Shown here: positions 47,339-53,283 of the stretch, piece after piece
Layout of the letters: the number at the start of each line of letters is the position of its first letter
How positions within the stretch are numbered: the stretch's first letter is position 1
NCBI RefSeq assembly: GCF_001194135.2
Contig: NC_068987.1
Coordinates: forward strand, 8,180,377 to 8,233,659
DNA length: 53,283 nucleotides
Origin: Octopus bimaculoides
Lineage: Eukaryota
Direction: 5' to 3'
Position numbers and translations under genes: made by a program
Notes under the pieces: model-generated
Told to the model about the DNA's origin: nothing
Database searches by the model: none
Seen by the model: the letters and a program-made list of their open reading frames with translations, nothing else

Positions 47339-48107
47339 GCTGACAATAATGGTAATGACAAATTTTAAAGTCTGCTTGACATTTTATAAGTGTGCAAGGG
47401 AGTAAAATTTCGATACTCCATATCAAAGGTTCCGGCAAGAATAGGTGGAAAAGAATTCTGTTTAGATAATCAGTTTGATCGGTCACCTTCCGCTGTCGAT
47501 TGAGTAAAGTGTCATCTAAGCTGATGTTTATTGGTAATTAAACTTAATTTGCAACACCTGTGCGTATTTATCACCGCTGTTTTTGTTAGTAATTCTTATC
47601 AACAACGTTTCCTGTGATCATGATTTGAGAAGACATACAGCAGTATGCTAAAGATCGGACATAATCTCTTGTGGCCAAGAAATGTAAAATGAAGTTTATT
47701 ATAAACAACAAAAACACTTTGTAATTTAATAGCTTTCAGTGTGATACCTGTTAAACAGAAATTATTTTTATTTAGTGAAAATTTAATAAAATCTAATCAT
47801 AAGTGAAATCATGATACAACTAAATTGGAAACCTTTTGCCCCTGGCTGTATCAGCAATTCTGAAAACTTTTGGGTGTGATTTTACATGAGTAGATGCTTT
47901 TTTTAACAAATTTTATCCTGAAAACCCCTTGTGTTAATTACACAGGTGTGCAAATTACATGGGTTTTTATGGTATGTGGTGTGAGTTTAAAAGTTACTGA
48001 AGATCCAGTGGATTACACTGGTTCCGGCTTTTTCTTAATTTTTTGTCATTGTTCTGATGATTGTTTGGTTTCATAACATATGATGAATCCTTTACATTTT
48101 GAAAATG

Positions 48108-48469
48108 ATTTACTGCTGCCTTAGCAAAGTCAGAAGTATTGTTTTCGGTCGTGTTTGTTTGTTCGAGGACAAGATATCTCAAGAACCACTGGATAGATTC
48201 GGATGAAACTTTCAGGGGTGTTTGGCCTCGTGACTTGCACAAACTGATTAGATTTTGGTATCGATCTGGTACCGGACAAGGATTCTGGATCCTGTTTTCT
48301 TTTTTTGCGGAGTTTCTGAGAATGGTAGGGTTTATTTTAAGTATTCTTGTTTGTGAGAGCAGTTTAGTTTATTTCAAATATTGTCATTTTAAAAATCATC
48401 TCTGGATAATTGTTGGGAGGACATTGGTGTTGCCTTGGCAGAGGTTTGTGCTCTCTGAGTGCTCTTGTT
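48108..48469 (+). mobile_element. Helentron-type non-autonomous element (HINE)
   Basis: 5' hairpin tactgctgcc-ttagcaaa-gtcagaagta, then gttttcggtcgtgtttgtttgtt, atctcaagaaccactggatagattcggatgaaactt; 3' ccttggcagaggtttgtgctctctgagtgctcttgtt. This is the typical HINE end architecture. Confidence 0.75.
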
Positions 48470-48920
48470 ATATATTAATTTTCATTTCTAGAGAAATCAA
48501 CTTTCTTAATAATTGACACTCTTATCATTCAACATAGAAACCTATCATGTCCCTCCTTTATACTCTAATCTCTCACCTACCTCACAGCCACTTTCCTCAT
48601 TTCCACTCCCTCTCTCAACTAAAAGGTCTTTGTCTTGCAAGCTACTTGGCAACCCCACTGGAGCTGGTGCCACATNNNNNNNNNNNNNNNNNNNNNNNNN
48701 NNNNNNNNNNNNNNNNNNNNNNNNNNNNNNNNNNNNNNNNNNNNNNNNNNNNNNNNNNNNNNNNNNNNNNNNNNNNNNNNNNNNNNNNNNNNNNNNNNNN
48801 NNNNNNNNNNNNNNNNNNNNNNNNNNNNNNNNNNNNNNNNNNNNNNNNNNNNNNNNNNNNNNNNNNNNNNNNNNNNNNNNNNNNNNNNNNNNNNNNNNNN
48901 NNNNNNNNNNNNNNNNNNNN

Positions 48921-48967
<47 letters not shown>

Positions 48968-49202
48968 AGAGTTGCGCCTGTATTTAATACTTTGTGCTCA
49001 TTCGCTGTATCATATTGTGCAGTTTCATACACACTCGATAACATACAGAAAACAGTTCTGTGCATTCATGTACATGTAAATGGATATGCATACAACACAC
49101 AGATTAGTGCAAATACATTTGCTCCCCACCGTCTGTGCACACTGCATTCACATAGTAGCAAAGGCATACTCACATTTTCATAGCAGTACATGCACTCACA
49201 CA

Positions 49203-49236
<34 letters not shown>

Positions 49237-49396
49237 GGTGCCAGATAAGCACAAATACATTTTCATACATTGCAACCTTCATGCACCCATATGCAAATTT
49301 AGAATGATATACACATAGCACATACAAACATTTTCATTCAAGCACAGATGTACACACATTTTGGCGTATACTTGTCATATTCCCGGTCTCTCTCTC

Positions 49397-49435
<39 letters not shown>

Positions 49436-49904
49436 GACACTCCATCCAGACACACAGATAAAAACTTTGCAGAATACTCCAGAAATTAATTTTATTCCAA
49501 TTCAATACTAAAACTTCTGAGATCTTATAACAGAAGAATCTATGCTAATTGATGTATCTTCCAATGTTTTTTGGCTGGATGTTTGAATTGTGTGCATGTG
49601 AGAGAGAGAGAGACAGAAAGAAAGAAAGAAAGAGAGAATATGTATGCATGAATAAGTAATGAAGTAGGGTTGGGGGCATTGTAGGTGCTGGTGGAACGTT
49701 TGTTGTATCTCGTTAGTTACACTAACTTATTAAGAAATTCCTTGTCATTAACCTAATATAAGTACACAAACTTTAACGCAAAGTATCATGAACAAAGAAT
49801 CCTAAGCATCATTACAAATGTGCAAATGTGCATGCACTCATGCATGAATGCACACGTGTGTGTGTTTGTGTGATTGCAAGCATAGCTGTATGGCTATGCA
49901 CATA

Positions 49905-50060
49905 ATGGGCTTTGTTCAGTTTCCGTCTACCAAATCTATTCACTAGATTTTGGTCGGCTTGAGGTTATAGTAGAAGGCACATGCTCAAAGTGCCATGCAA
50001 TGGGATTGAACCCTGAACCATGTGGTTGAGAAGCAAGCTACTTACCACATAGCCATGCTT
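49905..50060 (-). mobile_element. Family A SINE, 5' half
   Basis: gggctttgttcagtttccgtctacc...gggattgaaccc...cttaccacatagccatgc. Confidence 0.8.
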
Positions 50061-50117
50061 ACACATATTTGTTTATACAATTATAACATGTATATACACA
50101 TAAACATTTATATCCAT

Positions 50118-50328
50118 GCCAGTGCTGCCTGACTGGCTCCCGTGCCGGTGGTACATAAAAAGCACCCACTACACTCTCAGAGTGGTTGGCATTAGGAAGG
50201 GCATTCAACTGTAGAAATTTTGCCAGATCAGATCGGAGCGTGGCACAGCCTCCTGGCTTGCCAGTCCTCACTCAAACCGTCCAACCCATGCCAGCATGGA
50301 AAGTGGACGTTAAATGATGATGTTGATG
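50118..50328 (+). mobile_element. Family B retroposon with intact 5' motif
   Basis: gtgctgcctgactggctcccgtgccggtggtacataaaaagcaccc...ggaaagtggacgttaaatgatgatg. Confidence 0.9.
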
Positions 50329-50377
50329 CATGCCTTTGTTTTCCTCTATATAATGTTATATCATAATCTTAATTTTA

Positions 50378-50427
<50 letters not shown>

Positions 50428-50429
<2 letters not shown>

Positions 50430-50768
50430 GGCACAGGAGTAGCTGTGTGGTAAGTAGCTTGCTTACCAACCACATGGTTCCAGGTTCAGTCCCACTGTAT
50501 AGCACCTTGGGCAAGTGTCTTCTACTATGGCCTTGGGTCAACCAAAGCCTTGTGAGTGGATTGGTAGATGGAAACTGGAAGAAGGCTATCGTATATATGT
50601 GTGTGTATTTGTATGTTTGTGTGTCTGTTTGTTCTCCACCATCACTTGACAACCGATATCGGTGTGTTTATGTCCCCATAACTTAGCGGTTTGGCAAAAG
50701 GTGGCTGATAGTATAAATACTAGAGGCGGTGCTCCAGCATGGTGGCAGTCAAATGACTGAAACAAATT
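50428..50768 (+). mobile_element. Family A SINE, nearly full length
   Basis: ggcacaggagtagctgtgtggtaag...ggcggtgctccagcatgg...cagtcaaatgactgaaacaaa. Confidence 0.9.
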
Positions 50769-51257
50769 ACAGAACGAGTGTCTCCTGTTAGCTGTGTGCA
50801 TTCATTTGGCTATGGGCACTTACCTGTATATTCTTGTTTATAGGTTAACAGACACTTGAGAAGTTGCATACAAAAACGTCTGCACACTGATTTAAAAAAT
50901 TTTTAAAAACATACTACTGAAAAGATTTCGGTGTGCATATGGATGTGAAGTTATGTGAGTGTATTTGGATTAGAAAGAAGTGTGAATGGCCTATATAAAA
51001 AAACATACCTACAAAGATAACTCGTCGAACCAGAAAAGAACTTTACAACCTGTTTCATTTATTTGACTTTTAGATTCCATACACAGCTGTTTACTGGTTC
51101 AAATTTTTGCCATGCAGTGGCATATGCGTCCCCCTGCCATCTCATATATATATATATATATACTGAGGGTGATAAATTGAATATTAATTTCAATTTAAAA
51201 CCAGTGGTCTAGCATATAAAAAAATCTGATAATCCAGAAAAATTGTATTACATATGT

Positions 51258-51496
51258 ATAAGAAGGGATGACCACTAGGTGGACATCCAAATATGCTAGT
51301 AAGAGGTCATCAACGCCCCAACCACAAAAGAAAAAATCATGTTCTCCAGAAAAAATTCAGCAAAATACCAGTGCTTAGGCGGGCAGGACAAAATGAAAAA
51401 TTTTCTGGAGAACATGATTTTTTTCTTTTGTGGTTGGGTCGTTGATGACCTCTTTCTAGCATATTGGATGTCCACCTAGTGGTCATCCCTTTTTAT
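51258..51496. mobile_element. Fold-back MITE with ~100-bp arms, TA-flanked
   Basis: aagggatgaccactaggtggacatccaaatatgctag...ctccagaaaaaattca versus its reverse complement at 51394-51496. Confidence 0.85.
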
Positions 51497-51511
51497 ATGT
51501 GTATATATATC

Positions 51512-51704
51512 GTTGGAAAATTTCGTTATAGGTATAAATATGCCATAAACAGGTATTAAAAAATGGAGGAAAAAGGATGTTGAATCAAAAATTAAATTTA
51601 ATACAAAATTGGATTCAATTTAATTTTTGATTCAACATCTTTTTCCCTCCATTTTTTCTATACTTGTTTATGGTATTTTTATACCTATAACAATATTTTT
51701 CAAC
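51512..51704. repeat. AT-rich fold-back with ~87-bp arms
   Basis: gttataggtataaatatgccataaac...gatgttgaatcaaaaattaaatt versus its reverse complement at 51617-51704. Confidence 0.85.
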
Positions 51705-51831
51705 TATTATTTTCATATTCTTATAACTTGCTCTCGTTGTTTTTTTTATAAATATGATGAATCTTTATTAGAAATCATTTTCTCTTTCTTTTTGGATCTC
51801 TCAAAAAGTTTGAACTTATTTTTTCTCATAG

Positions 51832-51875
<44 letters not shown>

Positions 51876-52977
51876 TGGAAAATTTCTGAGATCCTTGGTA
51901 CAGTTAGGTATATTTGAAAATAGAAAAAGAATGAATTCATTTGTAGATCTATGAACTAAAATATTATTAAAAAATAAAAAAAATAATTAAGTTGATTAGA
52001 ACTACCAGTGAAGTCATTCCTTTTCNNNNNNNNNNNNNNNNNNNNNNNNNNNNNNNNNNNNNNNNNNNNNNNNNNNNNNNNNNNNNNNNNNNNNNNNNNN
52101 NNNNNNNNNNNNNNNNNNNNNNNNNNNNNNNNNNNNNNNNNNNNNNNNNNNNNNNNNNNNNNNNNNNNNNNNNNNNNNNNNNNNNNNNNNNNNNNNNNNN
52201 NNNNNNNNNNNNNNNNNNNNNNNNNNNNNNNNNNNNNNNNNNNNNNNNNNNNNNNNNNNNNNNNNNNNNNNNNNNNNNNNNNNNNNNNNNNNNNNNNNNN
52301 NNNNNNNNNNNNNNNNNNNNNNNNNNNNNNNNNNNNNNNNNNNNNNNNNNNNNNNNNNNNNNNNNNNNNNNNNNNNNNNNNNNNATATATTTATATGCAC
52401 ATGTACTATACACACACACATGCACAGGCATAGCTTTGTGGTTAAGAATTTTGCTTCAAGCGATGTGCTCTGAAGTTTGTTTCTGTTGTGCAACGCTGTA
52501 GCCAAGAGTCTTCTTTATCCTCAGGCTGATCAAACCTTCTGGCCAGAATTTCTCAGCAGGGACTGGATGAAAGCTTCAAGTGTGTGTGTGTGTGTGTGGG
52601 TGTGTGGCTTCTCATTTGTGTCTTACCAGGAATTACACTCTTTAGCATAAACTATGTCACCATGCATGTTGCAGTGTCACTGGCTCTAGAGCAGTTCATC
52701 TTGTGAAAGATGAAGGGAATCAGTACCTAACTTGGAAACAAGTAAGGGTTGGTGACAGGAAAAGTATCCAGCTGTAATATTCTCAGAATCCTAAACAGGT
52801 TTCATCTAATCTATTCCAGCATGGGGAACAGAGATGTTAAAACATAGATGAGGTTGATATATGTGTATGTGTGTCACTGATATGCATGTACCCTACATGC
52901 TCTACCCATACTCCCAGTCGCTGGTTATTTTTTTCACAGTCCTTAGAATTGGCAAAGAGCTCCTGGTTCACATATAT

Positions 52978-53100
52978 CAGTGGTTCTCACTCAGGGTCCA
53001 CGTGATCCTTTGGGGTCCATGTAAGATTTTCGTCGTTAAAATTTTTGTGCAACAAATTGCTTATACTTCTAGAATACACAAAATATTAAAATTTTTTTAT
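52978..53100. mobile_element. hAT-like MITE left end, interrupted by family A
   Basis: CAGTGGTTCTCA..CAGGGTCC start; complements the right-end fragments at 34505 and 39100. Confidence 0.55.
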
Positions 53101-53283
53101 AGGCATAGGAGTGGCTGTGTGGTAAGTAGCTTGCTTACCAACCACATGGTTCTAGGTTCAGTCCCACTGCGTGGCACCTTGGGCAAGTGTCTTCTACTAT
53201 AGCCTTGGGCCAACCAAAGCCTTGTGAGTGGATTTGGTAGACAGAAACTGAAAGAAACCCATCGTATATATATATATATATAT
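53101..53283 (+). mobile_element. Family A SINE, 5' half, well conserved
   Basis: ggcataggagtggctgtgtggtaagtagcttgc...gcgtggcaccttgggcaagtg...gaaacccatcgtatata. Confidence 0.9.

Larger units (their letters stand above)
46563..47972 (-). mobile_element. 1410-bp pogo/Tigger-type non-autonomous transposon
   Basis: TA|ctgtaaaaacccatgtaatttacacac ... gtgtgcaaattacatgggtttttatgg|TA; TA at 46561-46562 and 47973-47974. Confidence 0.85.

Noticed and set aside
48139-48516. 125-aa plus-strand ORF
   Set aside because: It lies within the HINE and shows no Rep or helicase motifs, so it is a chance open frame.
1496-52505. Long ORF-track entries (for example 5338-6684, 6905-7816, 16855-17709, 35762-36421, 48513-49079)
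   Set aside because: Their length comes from N runs translated as X and from stop-free microsatellites (HT, YI, CV, LS repeats). They have no recognisable domain.

Overview
Eukaryotic, AT-rich, repeat-saturated draft-assembly DNA with about 18 N gaps and many microsatellites. The SINE and MITE complement fits a coleoid cephalopod (Octopus-like) intronic or intergenic region; that assignment is an inference from recognised repeat types. I found no intact protein-coding gene, rRNA or CRISPR array, and the long ORF-track entries are artefacts of N runs, microsatellites or repeats. Retroelements: several tRNA-headed SINE families (family A with a CORE-like box and a central TA/TG microsatellite, family C with a GTCGAC..CATCCTTTCGGGGTCGAT domain, family D), plus a (GAT)n-tailed, probably RTE-mobilised family B. 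DNA elements with clear TIRs or target duplications: hAT-like (8-bp TSD), pogo/Tigger (TA TSD, one with a decayed BrkDBD-type transposase start), piggyBac-like (TTAA), Helentron-type HINEs and five fold-back palindromes. Most interesting: (1) a tRNA-headed SINE carrying a decayed Penelope-type type I hammerhead ribozyme fold (31277-31544); (2) a GG-terminated MITE with an 8-bp TSD and head-to-head telomere-like repeats (30181-30491); (3) a Helentron-like element that appears to carry a tRNA-like cassette (14282-15125); (4) a repeated nested-stem motif at the 5' end of family B; (5) many potential dsRNA (ADAR-substrate) structures. A few isolated splice-site-bounded exon candidates are listed at low confidence. 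SINE boundaries are approximate to about 10 nt unless a TSD is given.
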